From Candidatus Methylomirabilia bacterium (GTDB lineage: Bacteria; Methylomirabilota; Methylomirabilia; Rokubacteriales; CSP1-6), in contig JBHIBG010000045.1 in the NCBI GenBank assembly GCA_046758965.1, positions 1 to 20,358 on the forward strand: 20,358 nt of DNA. Direction: 5' to 3'. The notes beneath the pieces were generated by a model, which saw nothing but the letters and a program-made list of their open reading frames with translations, ran no database searches and was not told the origin of the DNA. Made by a program: the position numbers and the translations under genes. Shown piece after piece: positions 1-8,699 of this stretch. Numbering within the stretch: position 1 is the first letter of the stretch; every line of letters begins with the position of its first letter.

Positions 1-471
1 AGGTGGCGGGAGCGACTGGACGCTCTGCTCGTGGATGCAGGGGGTGTGACGGGGAGAGGCGCCGGAGCCTTTCGCGTGCGTGATCTGGCACCCGATCCAG
101 GCGGCGTGGCTCAGGAGCTGGTCGAGCTCGAACGGCCGACCGGGGAGTGGCCGATCCTGCCTGAGCTCAAAGCCTCTCTGGACACCCACGTCCGGCATCT
201 CCAGCGCCGGGAGTATGGGGCGCTGGACCAGGACTTCGACCCCGGCTATCGGGAGCGCGGGATGACCGTGTACCGAGCGCTCCCCTCCACCGGGTTCGTC
301 AGCTATCGGATCGTGGGCTTCGCCAAGCTCGGCGGCCAGCGCGTCGTCAAGCTCCTCCTGAAAGGGCCGACCGCAGGGGCGATCCTCCAGCTCCGCTGGG
401 GCAGCCGGGACGGTCACTGGGAGGTGCTTGAAGCTGAGGTCGTGAGGAGTCGAGAGACCTCCGGCTCCTAG
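1..471 (+). CDS. Hypothetical protein, 5'-truncated by the window edge
   Basis: Frame is open from base 1 (agg tgg cgg gag...) to TAG at 469-471, with GC-rich codon usage like its neighbours and the same direction as the biotin carboxylase gene. No motif recognised. Confidence 0.65.
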   Translation, partial: RWRERLDALLVDAGGVTGRGAGAFRVRDLAPDPGGVAQELVELERPTGEWPILPELKASLDTHVRHLQRREYGALDQDFDPGYRERGMTVYRALPSTGFVSYRIVGFAKLGGQRVVKLLLKGPTAGAILQLRWGSRDGHWEVLEAEVVRSRETSGS

Positions 472-516
472 GATCACTTCCCGTTTCCAGCCAGCTCTGT
501 CGGATGCCCACCGGGA

Positions 517-1860
517 ATGCTTGACAGCGTGCTCGTGGCCAACCGCGGCGAGATCGCCCGCCGGATCGTGCGGGCTTGCCGCGGGCTCGGGATGAGGAGC
601 GTCGTGGTGTACTCGGAAGCTGATGCCGGCTGGCCGCATGTGAAGGAGGCCGATCACGCCGTCCTCATCGGCCCAGCGCCGGCGCGCGAGAGCTACCTCA
701 ACGTCGAGCGGATTCTCGAAGCGGCGCGCCGGAGCGGGGCCCAGGCCGTGCATCCAGGTTACGGGTTCCTCTCCGAGGAGTGGCGTTTCGCCCGGGCCTG
801 CGAGGAGGCCGGGCTCGTATTCGTCGGACCTCCCTGGGAGGCCATCAAGACGATGGCTCTGAAGACCCAGGCTCGTGAGCGTGTCGCGGGAGTCGGCGTG
901 CCCGTCGTGCCAGGGAGCGAGGGCCCCGTGGGCGACCCTGAGGAGGCGAAGGGTGTTGCGGCGAGAATCGGCTATCCGATTCTGCTGAAGGCGGTCGGCG
1001 GCGGCGGCGGCATTGGCATGGTCCGGGCTGACGATCCCGAAGGGCTCACCCAGGCCTTCGCCGTGGCCCAGCGTCGGGCGCAGGCGGCCTTCGGCAGCGG
1101 GGCGCTCTACCTCGAGCGCTGTCTCGAGGCCCCGCGGCACGTGGAAGTTCAGATCTTCGGGGATTCCCACGGCCAGATCGTGCACCTCCACGAGCGGGAG
1201 TGCTCGGTCCAGCGCCGACACCAGAAGCTGGTGGAAGAGAGCCCGGCCCCTGGGCTCCCGAGCGGGCTCAAGGGGCGGCTTACGGAGGCGGCGTTGGCCG
1301 TGGCCCGGGCGGTCGGCTACGTCAATGCCGGGACCGTCGAGTTCTTGGTTTCCGGCGACCGCTTCTACTTCCTGGAGATGAACACGCGCCTCCAGGTCGA
1401 GCATCCGGTCACCGAGGAGGTCACCGGAGTTGACCTCGTCCAGGCCCAGCTCAGGGTCGCGGCGGGCGAGAGGTTTTCGTGGGATCAAGCCGAGATCCCG
1501 CAGCGGGGGGTGAGCGTGGAATGTCGGATCTATGCCGAGGATCCGGCGCGGCGTTTCCTGCCCTCCCCGGGGACGATTGCCGCCCTCGTCCTCCCCGAGG
1601 GAGAGGGCGTCCGCGTGGAGTGCGGCGTCGCGCCTGGGATCGAGGTGACGGTCCACTACGACCCGCTGCTGGCCAAGCTGGTCACGCGTGGGGAGACCCG
1701 GGCCGAGGCGATTGACCGAATGGCCCGGGCTCTGGCCGAGTTCAAGGTGGAGGGGGTGAAGACGACCGTTCCCTTCCACCAGCGCGTGATGGCGCACAGG
1801 GACTTCCGAGAAGGGGCGATTCACACGCAGATGGTCGAGCGAGGAGCCTTCGATGCCTGA
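517..1860 (+). CDS. accC: Biotin carboxylase subunit (acetyl/acyl-CoA carboxylase, ATP-grasp)
   Basis: Family motifs VLVANRGEIA, HPGYGFLSE, KAVGGGGGIGM, ERECSVQRRHQK, FLEMNTRLQVEHPVTE and YDPLLAKL; 447 aa with no fused carrier domain. Confidence 0.93.
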   Translation: MLDSVLVANRGEIARRIVRACRGLGMRSVVVYSEADAGWPHVKEADHAVLIGPAPARESYLNVERILEAARRSGAQAVHPGYGFLSEEWRFARACEEAGLVFVGPPWEAIKTMALKTQARERVAGVGVPVVPGSEGPVGDPEEAKGVAARIGYPILLKAVGGGGGIGMVRADDPEGLTQAFAVAQRRAQAAFGSGALYLERCLEAPRHVEVQIFGDSHGQIVHLHERECSVQRRHQKLVEESPAPGLPSGLKGRLTEAALAVARAVGYVNAGTVEFLVSGDRFYFLEMNTRLQVEHPVTEEVTGVDLVQAQLRVAAGERFSWDQAEIPQRGVSVECRIYAEDPARRFLPSPGTIAALVLPEGEGVRVECGVAPGIEVTVHYDPLLAKLVTRGETRAEAIDRMARALAEFKVEGVKTTVPFHQRVMAHRDFREGAIHTQMVERGAFDA

Positions 1861-2068
1861 AGAGGTCAAAGCCCACATCACCGGCGTGGTCTTCCAGGTG
1901 GTGGCCAAGTCGGGAGACAGGGTTCAAGCCGGGGACCCGATCCTGGTGCTGGAGTCCATGAAGATGGAGATCCCCGTGGAAGCGCCGCTGGATGGCACGG
2001 TGGTCGAGGTCAAGGTCAGCGAGGGCGACACGGTTCAGGAGGGAGACACCGTCGCGCTTCTCGGGTGA
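1853..2068 (+). CDS. Stand-alone biotin carboxyl carrier protein (71 aa)
   Basis: Biotinylation motif LESMKMEIPV in a biotinyl-domain pattern (GDRV...GDTV); overlaps the accC 3' end by 8 nt; SD-like GAGGAG upstream. Confidence 0.92.
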   Translation: MPEEVKAHITGVVFQVVAKSGDRVQAGDPILVLESMKMEIPVEAPLDGTVVEVKVSEGDTVQEGDTVALLG

Positions 2069-2166
2069 GGATCGAACGTCTCACCACGCTCCTGGGCTGC
2101 CCGCCTACGCTGACCCACGGTCGGCTGAGATCGGCAAGGACGGTCCGGGAAACTGAGCGCGGGCGA

Positions 2167-3663
2167 TCAGGTCTGGACGAAGGCCTTGAGCCTGCGCCCC
2201 CGCAGAGGATGGCGGAGCTTCCTGAGCGCTTTGGCTTCAATTTGCCGGATCCGCTCCCGCGTCACCGAGAAGCGTCGCCCGACCTCCTCGAGGGTCTCCT
2301 CGCCGTCCCCGCCGATGCCGAAGCGGAGGCGAAGGATGTCCCGCTCCCGGGGGGAGAGCGTGCCCAGCACCCGATTCACCTGCGCCATCAGGTCGTGGCT
2401 CATCAGGCCCTTGTCTGGCGCGGTCGAGTTCTTGTCCTCGAGGAGGTCCCCGAGCTCGGAGTCCTCGCCGATGGGGGTCTCCAGCGACAGGGGCTTCCGG
2501 GCCGACGCCAGGATCAGGCGCACCTTCTTGGCGGGAATCCCCGTGCGCTGGGCCAGCTCCTCCGGGGTCGGCTCGCGCCCGATCTCGTTGACCAGTCGCC
2601 GGTTCACCCGCGAGAGGCGGTTGAGCGTTTCGACCATGTGGACCGGGATGCGGATGGTCCGCGCGTGGTCGGCGATGGCGCGGGTGATCGCCTGACGGAT
2701 CCACCACGTCGCGTAGGTGGAGAACTTGAACCCCCGGCGGTACTGGAAGCGGTCCACGGCCTTCATGAGCCCGATGTTCCCTTCCTGGATCAAATCGAGA
2801 AGGGAAAGCTCGCTGCCCAGGTAGCGCTTGGCCACCGACACGACCAATCGGAGGTTGGCCTCCATCAGATGGCGCTTGGCTTCCCTCACCCGCCGGTCCT
2901 TCTCCTCGACCTCGGCCAGGAGCTTCAGGAACTGCCGGCGGGGGAGCCCGACCCGCTCCTCCAACGCCTTCAGGTGGCGGAGCGCTTCGGCCTTGCGTGC
3001 TGACGGCGAGGGCTGGCTCCTGAGCGCCTGGATCTCGCTCGCCGCCTGGCGGAGCTCAGCCACCAGCTTGTCCAGCAGGGCCGGCTTGAGGGGCAGCTCG
3101 GAAACGATCTGCTGAATTGCCGCTCCGTTCCGGCTGATCCAGCGGTGGTAGGCCGCGCGAGTCGAAGCCGACCGGCGACGGTCTTGGAGCGCAGCCTCGA
3201 GCTTCGCGATCTCCCGTTCGAGCCTTCGGATCCGGGCGAAGCAAGCGAGGAGCGGCTTGACCTCCTCCGGTTTGGGCTCGGTCCCATCGGGAAGGCGGAT
3301 GAGCTCGTCCAAGGGGATTTCCTGCTTTCTGACCTGGTCAGCGATCCGGAGAAGGGTGTGCACCGCCTGAGGAATCCCGGCCAGGACCCGCCGAAGCTCG
3401 GCCTGCCCCTGCTCGATCGAGCGACCGATCTCGACTTCGCGGGCCGCCGTCAAGAGGGGCACCTTGCCGATCTCTCTGAGATACAGACGAACGGGATCCT
3501 CGGCCGGGGCCGCGGTAGGCTCGTCCGGCTCTCCCTCCTCGACCAGGGGTTCCGGCTTGAGGAGCCGCTCCGCGACAGCCTTGGTATCGGGAAACCCGAT
3601 CTGAGGCGCCACACATGTGGCAGTATCTCCTATGTCTTGAGTCTGTGGCTCTTTGAAGGTCAT
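2167..3663 (-). CDS. rpoD: RNA polymerase sigma-70 family factor, RpoD-like (regions 1.2, NCR, 2, 3, 4; no recognisable region 1.1)
   Basis: Region 1.2 [16 protein letters not shown]; region 2 [14 protein letters not shown] and [17 protein letters not shown]...[26 protein letters not shown]; region 4 [30 protein letters not shown]. Confidence 0.93.
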   Translation of the reverse strand: MTFKEPQTQDIGDTATCVAPQIGFPDTKAVAERLLKPEPLVEEGEPDEPTAAPAEDPVRLYLREIGKVPLLTAAREVEIGRSIEQGQAELRRVLAGIPQAVHTLLRIADQVRKQEIPLDELIRLPDGTEPKPEEVKPLLACFARIRRLEREIAKLEAALQDRRRSASTRAAYHRWISRNGAAIQQIVSELPLKPALLDKLVAELRQAASEIQALRSQPSPSARKAEALRHLKALEERVGLPRRQFLKLLAEVEEKDRRVREAKRHLMEANLRLVVSVAKRYLGSELSLLDLIQEGNIGLMKAVDRFQYRRGFKFSTYATWWIRQAITRAIADHARTIRIPVHMVETLNRLSRVNRRLVNEIGREPTPEELAQRTGIPAKKVRLILASARKPLSLETPIGEDSELGDLLEDKNSTAPDKGLMSHDLMAQVNRVLGTLSPRERDILRLRFGIGGDGEETLEEVGRRFSVTRERIRQIEAKALRKLRHPLRGRRLKAFVQT

Positions 3664-3740
3664 TCTCTCGCTATCCCTTCCCGCTCCCCCATAAGAGGGG
3701 CCGCCTAGTCATGAAGATTCGGAAGGTGCCCAACCTTGCC

Positions 3741-3769
3741 ATTATATGCAAACAACGGACCAAGTGCAA
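3741..3769 (-). promoter_or_regulatory. Putative sigma70-type promoter for the sigma factor gene, with a nested sigma54-like -24/-12 motif
   Basis: Minus strand reads TTGCAC-17 nt-TATAAT (3769-3764 and 3746-3741) in an AT-rich island about 80 nt upstream of the ATG. The spacer contains TGGTCCGTTGTTTGCA (GG-N10-GC). Confidence 0.65.
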
Positions 3770-3839
3770 TAGTTCCCTTGAAACAGCCCCGCCCCGCCCT
3801 GTATTCCGTCGCCGGGCGTCAGTCCCCGGGGGAAGGATC

Positions 3840-3848
3840 TGCTATGAT
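3840..3848 (+). promoter_or_regulatory. Putative extended -10 promoter for cinA
   Basis: TGCTATGAT (TGn + TATGAT) ends 16 nt before the likely cinA ATG at 3865; no clear -35. Confidence 0.45.
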
Positions 3849-3864
3849 GCTGCTTCGGGTGCCG

Positions 3865-5079
3865 ATGCGGGCCGAGATCATCAGCGTCGGGTCAGAGCTT
3901 CTCCTGGGACAGATTGTCGACACCAATTCCGCGACCATCGCCCGCCACCTTGCCGCCATCGGGCTCGACCTCCATTACAAGGCCACGGTAGGGGACAACC
4001 TCGAGCGCCTGAGCGCCGTTATCCGTCAAGCTCTGGCCCGCTCTCAGGTGGTGATCATCACTGGAGGGCTCGGTCCCACGGCGGACGATCTGACCCGGCA
4101 GGCGGTGGCGGTGGCCATGGGTCGAGAGCTTCAGTTCTCAGAGCTTCTGATGGCCCAGATCGAGGCGTTCTTCGCCTCGCGGGGATTCAAGCTCTCTCCG
4201 TCCAACCGTCGCCAAGCCTATGTCCCGCAGGGGGCGATCGCCATCGAGAATCCGGTGGGTACGGCACCGGCCTTCATCGTGGAAGCCGCAGAAGGCTGTG
4301 TGATGGCTCTTCCGGGTGTTCCACGGGAGATGGAGTATCTCCTCGTCCATCGGATGCTCCCGTACCTCCGCGACCGCTACGGGATCGGAGGGGAGATCCG
4401 ACTCCGCATCCTCAAGGCGGCGGGGCTCGGCGAAAGCCGAGTCGGCGAGCTCATCGCCGACTTCATGGAGCAGGGGCGAAACCCCACTGTCGGAACTCTC
4501 GCCCACCTGGGGCAAGTGGATGTTCGGATCGCGGCCAAGGGCGCCAACGCCGCCGAGACCCTGGCGCTCATCGCGCCTGTTGAGGCGGAGGTCCGCCGCC
4601 GGCTGGGCGAGTTTGTCTTCGGCGCCGACGCGGACACTCTCGAGGGCCTCGTGGCCGAGCAGCTCGAGATCGTCGGTGGGCGGGTGGCGGTGGCGGAGTT
4701 GGGCAGCGCCGGCGCCGTCGCGGCGCGGCTCGTGAATGGCGCGAAAGAGGTCCTGGCGGTTGCTGTAACCCTTCCGGACGCGAGTGCGGCGCTCAAGCTG
4801 GGGGTGGAGCTACCGTCGGAGGAGCGGCCGGCGGCGCGCGCGGGGCTCCTCGCCCGGGGAGCGAGCAGGTGGAGCGGGGCGGCGGTAGGGGTGGCGACAG
4901 TCTTCGAGGAGGACCGAGCAAGCAGCCCGCCCGTCATCATCGTGGGGCTCGGGGTTTCCCTGGACGAACGGGAGGAGACGCGGGAGTACCGCCTCGGGGG
5001 CGACCTTCCCTCGATCCGGATCCGGACAGCCACTTTGGCGCTGGACCTGCTTCGACGGACGCTCCCCCCGGCGAGGTGA
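3865..5079 (+). CDS. cinA: CinA family protein (N-terminal MoCF-like/ADP-ribose pyrophosphatase domain; degenerate C-terminal PncC-like domain)
   Basis: Start moved from 3736 to ATG 3865 (MRAEIISVGSELLLGQIVDTN, the typical CinA N-terminus). Motifs VGDN, GGLGPTADDLT, NPVGTAP, LPGVPREM; C-terminal RIRTATLALDLLR. Confidence 0.9.
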   Translation: MRAEIISVGSELLLGQIVDTNSATIARHLAAIGLDLHYKATVGDNLERLSAVIRQALARSQVVIITGGLGPTADDLTRQAVAVAMGRELQFSELLMAQIEAFFASRGFKLSPSNRRQAYVPQGAIAIENPVGTAPAFIVEAAEGCVMALPGVPREMEYLLVHRMLPYLRDRYGIGGEIRLRILKAAGLGESRVGELIADFMEQGRNPTVGTLAHLGQVDVRIAAKGANAAETLALIAPVEAEVRRRLGEFVFGADADTLEGLVAEQLEIVGGRVAVAELGSAGAVAARLVNGAKEVLAVAVTLPDASAALKLGVELPSEERPAARAGLLARGASRWSGAAVGVATVFEEDRASSPPVIIVGLGVSLDEREETREYRLGGDLPSIRIRTATLALDLLRRTLPPAR

Positions 5080-5131
5080 TCTCCGTTCTCTCCCGCCTCG
5101 ACGGTCGCGGCCCGCATTCACGGCTTTTTCG

Positions 5132-5161
5132 TTGACAGGGGAAAGCGCCGGGATTTATCGT
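5132..5161 (+). promoter_or_regulatory. Putative sigma70 promoter upstream of the adenosyltransferase gene
   Basis: Perfect TTGACA (5132-5137), 18-nt spacer, TATCGT (5156-5161), preceded by a T-tract. Confidence 0.5.
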
Positions 5162-5175
5162 GAGGAACGCTTGAT

Positions 5176-5748
5176 ATGGTGAAGATTTACACGAAGAAAG
5201 GAGATGAGGGCCAGACCACCCTGTTCGGCGGCCAGCGCATCTCCAAGTCCGATCTTCGCCCCGAGGCCTACGGGACGCTTGACGAGGCCACCTCGGTCCT
5301 CGGAGTCGTCCGGGCCGAGACCCAGGATGAGGAGTTGCGTGCTGTCATCCATCTCGTTCAGGAGGACCTCTTCCTCCTCGCGGCCGAACTGGCCACCTCC
5401 CCCGAGGACCGCGAGCGTTTGCGCGTCGGCCAGATTACCCCCGAACACACCGCCCGGCTGGAGTCGCTCATCGACGAGCGCCTGGAGAAGATTGAACTTC
5501 CCCGCGCATTCATCATTCCGGGCTCCTCCTCCCACATCCCGTCCCTCCTGGACTGGGCGCGTACCATCATTCGCCGGGGCGAGCGGCGGGTGGTGCAGCT
5601 CCGCGAGGCCGACAGGCTCGACAATCCTGAGGTCCTGAGATATCTGAACCGGCTCACTGACCTGATCTTCATTCTGGCGCGCTACCAGGAGGCGGCGGAG
5701 GGGAAAGGCCCGGTCCAGTGGAAGGGGCGGCCAGACGGGGAGCGATAG
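5176..5748 (+). CDS. pduO: PduO-type ATP:cob(I)alamin adenosyltransferase
   Basis: Signature KIYTKKGDEGQTTLFGG...K...EAYGTLDE, plus RTIIRRGER and YLNRLTDLIFILAR; 190 aa. Confidence 0.92.
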   Translation: MVKIYTKKGDEGQTTLFGGQRISKSDLRPEAYGTLDEATSVLGVVRAETQDEELRAVIHLVQEDLFLLAAELATSPEDRERLRVGQITPEHTARLESLIDERLEKIELPRAFIIPGSSSHIPSLLDWARTIIRRGERRVVQLREADRLDNPEVLRYLNRLTDLIFILARYQEAAEGKGPVQWKGRPDGER

Positions 5749-5785
5749 TGTGCCCCGTTGCCGGTGATCCCGGAGGGTGAGGGGC

Positions 5786-6946
5786 GTGTCGAACCGCGCG
5801 TTCATCGCTCACCGGGCGCAGGAGATCGAACCATTCCTCGCCGTCGAGGTGTTCGAGCGAGCCCAGGAGCTCGAGCGCCAGGGGATCGACGTCGTCCACC
5901 TGGAGTTCGGCGAGCCTGACTTCGAGACGCCGCCAGTCATCCAGGAAGCTGCCCAGAAGGCTCTCAAGGACGGCCGCACCAAATACACCGCCAGCCTGGG
6001 AATCCTCCCCCTCCGCGAGGCCATCGCCGACCACTATCACGAGCGGTACGGAGTCCACGTCTCCCCCGATCAGATCTTGGTCACGGCGGGAACCTCGCCG
6101 GCCATGCTGCTTCTGTTCACAGCCCTGCTGGATCCCGGGGACCAGGTGATCCTCTCCGACCCCCACTACGCGTGCTACCCCAACTTCGTCCGGTATGCGG
6201 AAGGCGCGCCGGTGTACGTCGACGTGGACGAGGAGGATGACTTCCAGTACCGGCCGGAGGCGATCCGGAAGCGGCTCTCCCCGAGGGTGAAGGCGATCCT
6301 GGTCAACTCGCCTGCCAACCCGACGGGGACGCTCCTCTCGCCCGAGCGCATGGCGGCCGTGGCGGAGCTAGGGCCGTGGGTGGTGTCAGACGAGATCTAC
6401 CATGGCCTCACCTACGAAGGGGTTGAGCACACCATCCTGGAGTACACCGATCGGGCCTTCGTCCTGAACGGCTTCTCCAAGGCCTTCGCGATGACCGGAT
6501 GGCGCCTCGGTTACCTGATCGCCCCAATGCCGTTCATCCGGACGTTGCAGAAGGCGTACCAGAACTTCTTTATCTCCACCAACGAGTTCGTCCAGTGGGC
6601 CGGTGTGGCGGCGCTGCGGGAGGCGGGGGAGGAGGTCGCCCGGCTCCGGCGGGTCTTTGATGAGCGCCGGCAGGCGACGATTGCGGGGCTCCGGCGGATC
6701 GGGTTGGGGGTGGGCTCCGAGCCCACCGGGGCGTTCTACGTGCTGGCGAACGCCCGGGAATTCACCCGGAACTCCTACGAGTTCGCCTTCGAGATCCTGA
6801 ACGAGGCCCACGTGGGCGTGACTCCAGGGATCGATTTCGGGCGGAACGCCGAAGGCTACCTGCGCTTCTCCTACGCCAACTCGCTGCCGCGGATCCAGGA
6901 GGGTCTCGAGCGGATCGGCGGCTTCCTTGCCAGACGTTCGAGCTGA
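5786..6946 (+). CDS. PLP-dependent aminotransferase class I/II (aspartate aminotransferase-like)
   Basis: Motifs GEPDF, NSPANPTG, SDEIY, PLP-lysine motif GFSKAFAMTGWRLG, YLRFSY. GTG 5786 is preferred over 5777 because GGAGG lies at 5772-5776. Substrate cannot be determined. Confidence 0.9.
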   Translation: MSNRAFIAHRAQEIEPFLAVEVFERAQELERQGIDVVHLEFGEPDFETPPVIQEAAQKALKDGRTKYTASLGILPLREAIADHYHERYGVHVSPDQILVTAGTSPAMLLLFTALLDPGDQVILSDPHYACYPNFVRYAEGAPVYVDVDEEDDFQYRPEAIRKRLSPRVKAILVNSPANPTGTLLSPERMAAVAELGPWVVSDEIYHGLTYEGVEHTILEYTDRAFVLNGFSKAFAMTGWRLGYLIAPMPFIRTLQKAYQNFFISTNEFVQWAGVAALREAGEEVARLRRVFDERRQATIAGLRRIGLGVGSEPTGAFYVLANAREFTRNSYEFAFEILNEAHVGVTPGIDFGRNAEGYLRFSYANSLPRIQEGLERIGGFLARRSS

Positions 6947-6998
6947 GTGAGTCGGTGGGGGCTCCCGTTCGCCTCGCCATGAGGGGGAGCAGCTGACC

Positions 6999-7652
6999 GT
7001 GAGCGAATCCCAGGCTCGAAAGAAGGCGCGGGCGCTCCGGGTTGTCCGGGTCCTGGAGCGCGCCTACCCGACGGCGACCATTGCCCTGGAGTTCACCAAC
7101 CCCCTCGAGCTTCTGGTGGCGACGATCCTGGCCGCTCAGTGTACCGACGAGCGCGTCAACCAGGTGACGGAGTCCCTCTTCAAGACGTATCGGACCGCTC
7201 AGGATTATGCCGAGGCGACCCCGGGGCGCCTGGAGCAGGAGATCCGCTCCACGGGGTTTTACAGGGCTAAGGCTCGGGCCATCGTCGGCATGGCGCGGCA
7301 GCTCGTCGCCAGGCACGGCGGGAGGGTGCCCCGGGACGTGGACGGGTTGACCGCGCTTCCCGGCGTGGGCCGGAAAACTGCGAACGTCGTAGTCGGCAAT
7401 GCCTTCGGGCAGCCCGCCATAGCCGTGGACACCCACGTGCTCCGGGTCTCTCAGCGACTCGGCCTGGCCAAGGGCGAGGACCCGGAGAAGGTCTGCGACC
7501 AGCTCTGTGAGGTCACCCCCCGGGCCCGCTGGACCCGCTTCACCCACCTGCTCACCAGCCACGGCCGCCAGGTCTGCCGGGCCAGAACCCCGGCCTGCCC
7601 CACCTGCCCGGTTCGTGCTCTCTGCCCCTGGCCCGGCAAGACAAGCAAGTAG
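6999..7652 (+). CDS. nth: Endonuclease III (HhH-GPD DNA glycosylase/AP lyase)
   Basis: LVATILAAQCTDERVN, HhH motif LPGVGRKTANVV, catalytic AVDTHV, and C-terminal 4Fe-4S motif CRARTPACPTCPVRALC. Confidence 0.95.
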   Translation: MSESQARKKARALRVVRVLERAYPTATIALEFTNPLELLVATILAAQCTDERVNQVTESLFKTYRTAQDYAEATPGRLEQEIRSTGFYRAKARAIVGMARQLVARHGGRVPRDVDGLTALPGVGRKTANVVVGNAFGQPAIAVDTHVLRVSQRLGLAKGEDPEKVCDQLCEVTPRARWTRFTHLLTSHGRQVCRARTPACPTCPVRALCPWPGKTSK

Positions 7653-7685
7653 CCTGCCCCCGCACGGTGCCCCGGCGTCGGGAAG

Positions 7686-7714
7686 TTGACTCTCGTCGAG
7701 GGTTCGGCTATGAT
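7686..7714 (+). promoter_or_regulatory. Putative sigma70 promoter of the rplM-rpsI operon
   Basis: TTGACT (7686-7691), 17-nt spacer, TATGAT (7709-7714), followed by an AT-rich tract. Confidence 0.7.
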
Positions 7715-7776
7715 TACTTTTTGTAATTTTTCACAGGAGTTTGCAGCTCATTCCGCAAGACCGAAGGGGCAAGAAG

Positions 7777-8223
7777 GTGCCCACTCCCCAGCCGAAGGCG
7801 AGCGAGGTGGTCCGGAAGTGGTACCTGGTGGACGCCCAGGGCCAGGTGCTCGGGCGGTTAGCCACTCGAGTCGCCGCCATGCTCAGGGGGAAGCATAAGC
7901 CGTTCTATGCTCCCCACCTGGACGTGGGCGACCACGTGGTCGTCGTCAACGCTGAGAAGGTGCATCTCACGGGGCGGAAGCTGACTGACAAGATCTACCG
8001 CTGGCACACGGGGTATATCGGCAACCTGAGGGAAGTCAGCGCGGGGAAAATGCTCCAAACCCGCCCCGAGCGGGTCATTGAGTGGGCGGTGCAGGGGATG
8101 CTTCCCCGGAGCCGCCTCGGTCGCGCCATGGCCAAGAAGCTCAAGGTCTATCGGGGGACGGAGCATCCTCACGCGGCCCAGCGTCCTGAGCCGCTCCCGC
8201 TGGCGCGCCTAAAACGATCATAG
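7777..8223 (+). CDS. rplM: 50S ribosomal protein L13
   Basis: [46 protein letters not shown]. Start moved to GTG 7777 (AAGGGG at 7764-7769). Confidence 0.97.
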   Translation: MPTPQPKASEVVRKWYLVDAQGQVLGRLATRVAAMLRGKHKPFYAPHLDVGDHVVVVNAEKVHLTGRKLTDKIYRWHTGYIGNLREVSAGKMLQTRPERVIEWAVQGMLPRSRLGRAMAKKLKVYRGTEHPHAAQRPEPLPLARLKRS

Positions 8224-8235
8224 AGGAGGCATGAG

Positions 8236-8628
8236 GTGGACCTGGCGCGGTATTACGGGACCGGCCGACGGAAGACCGCTGTGGCCCGTGTCTGGCTCAA
8301 ACCGGGACAGGGGGTCATCACCGTCAATCGTCGTCCCTTCGAGGAGTATTTTCCGCGTGAGACGCTTCGGCGGATCATCTGGCAGCCGTTCCACGTTACC
8401 GACACCGAGGGACAGTTTGATGTGGCAGCGAACGTCTCAGGGGGCGGCACGGCTGGCCAGGCTGGCGCGGTGCGGCACGGCGTCGCCCGGGCGCTCTTGG
8501 CCTATGATGACAAGCTTCGACAGACGCTGAAGCGTGCGGGGGTCCTGACCCGGGATCCGCGGATGCGAGAGCGGAAGAAGTACGGGCAGCCGGGCGCGCG
8601 GAAGCAGTTTCAGTACTCGAAGAGGTAG
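8236..8628 (+). CDS. rpsI: 30S ribosomal protein S9
   Basis: [42 protein letters not shown]-terminal QYSKR; SD GAGGAGG. Confidence 0.97.
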   Translation: MDLARYYGTGRRKTAVARVWLKPGQGVITVNRRPFEEYFPRETLRRIIWQPFHVTDTEGQFDVAANVSGGGTAGQAGAVRHGVARALLAYDDKLRQTLKRAGVLTRDPRMRERKKYGQPGARKQFQYSKR

Positions 8629-8699
8629 CTTGGGCCGGGGAGCGCTGCTCTCAGTTCGAGCTCCGCGCTTCGGGCACCGACGGGAAGCCGGCAAGAGTC

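Noticed and set aside
2065..3003. 312-aa plus-strand ORF overlapping the biotin carrier stop
   Set aside because: Lies mostly antisense to the conserved sigma factor gene; typical high-GC shadow ORF with no motifs.
3736..3864. N-terminal extensions in the ORF track (cinA 3736, rplM 7741, tsf 11645, pyrH 12277, cdsA 14430)
   Set aside because: They overlap promoters or upstream genes; family N-termini, SD sites or stop-start overlaps support the downstream starts.
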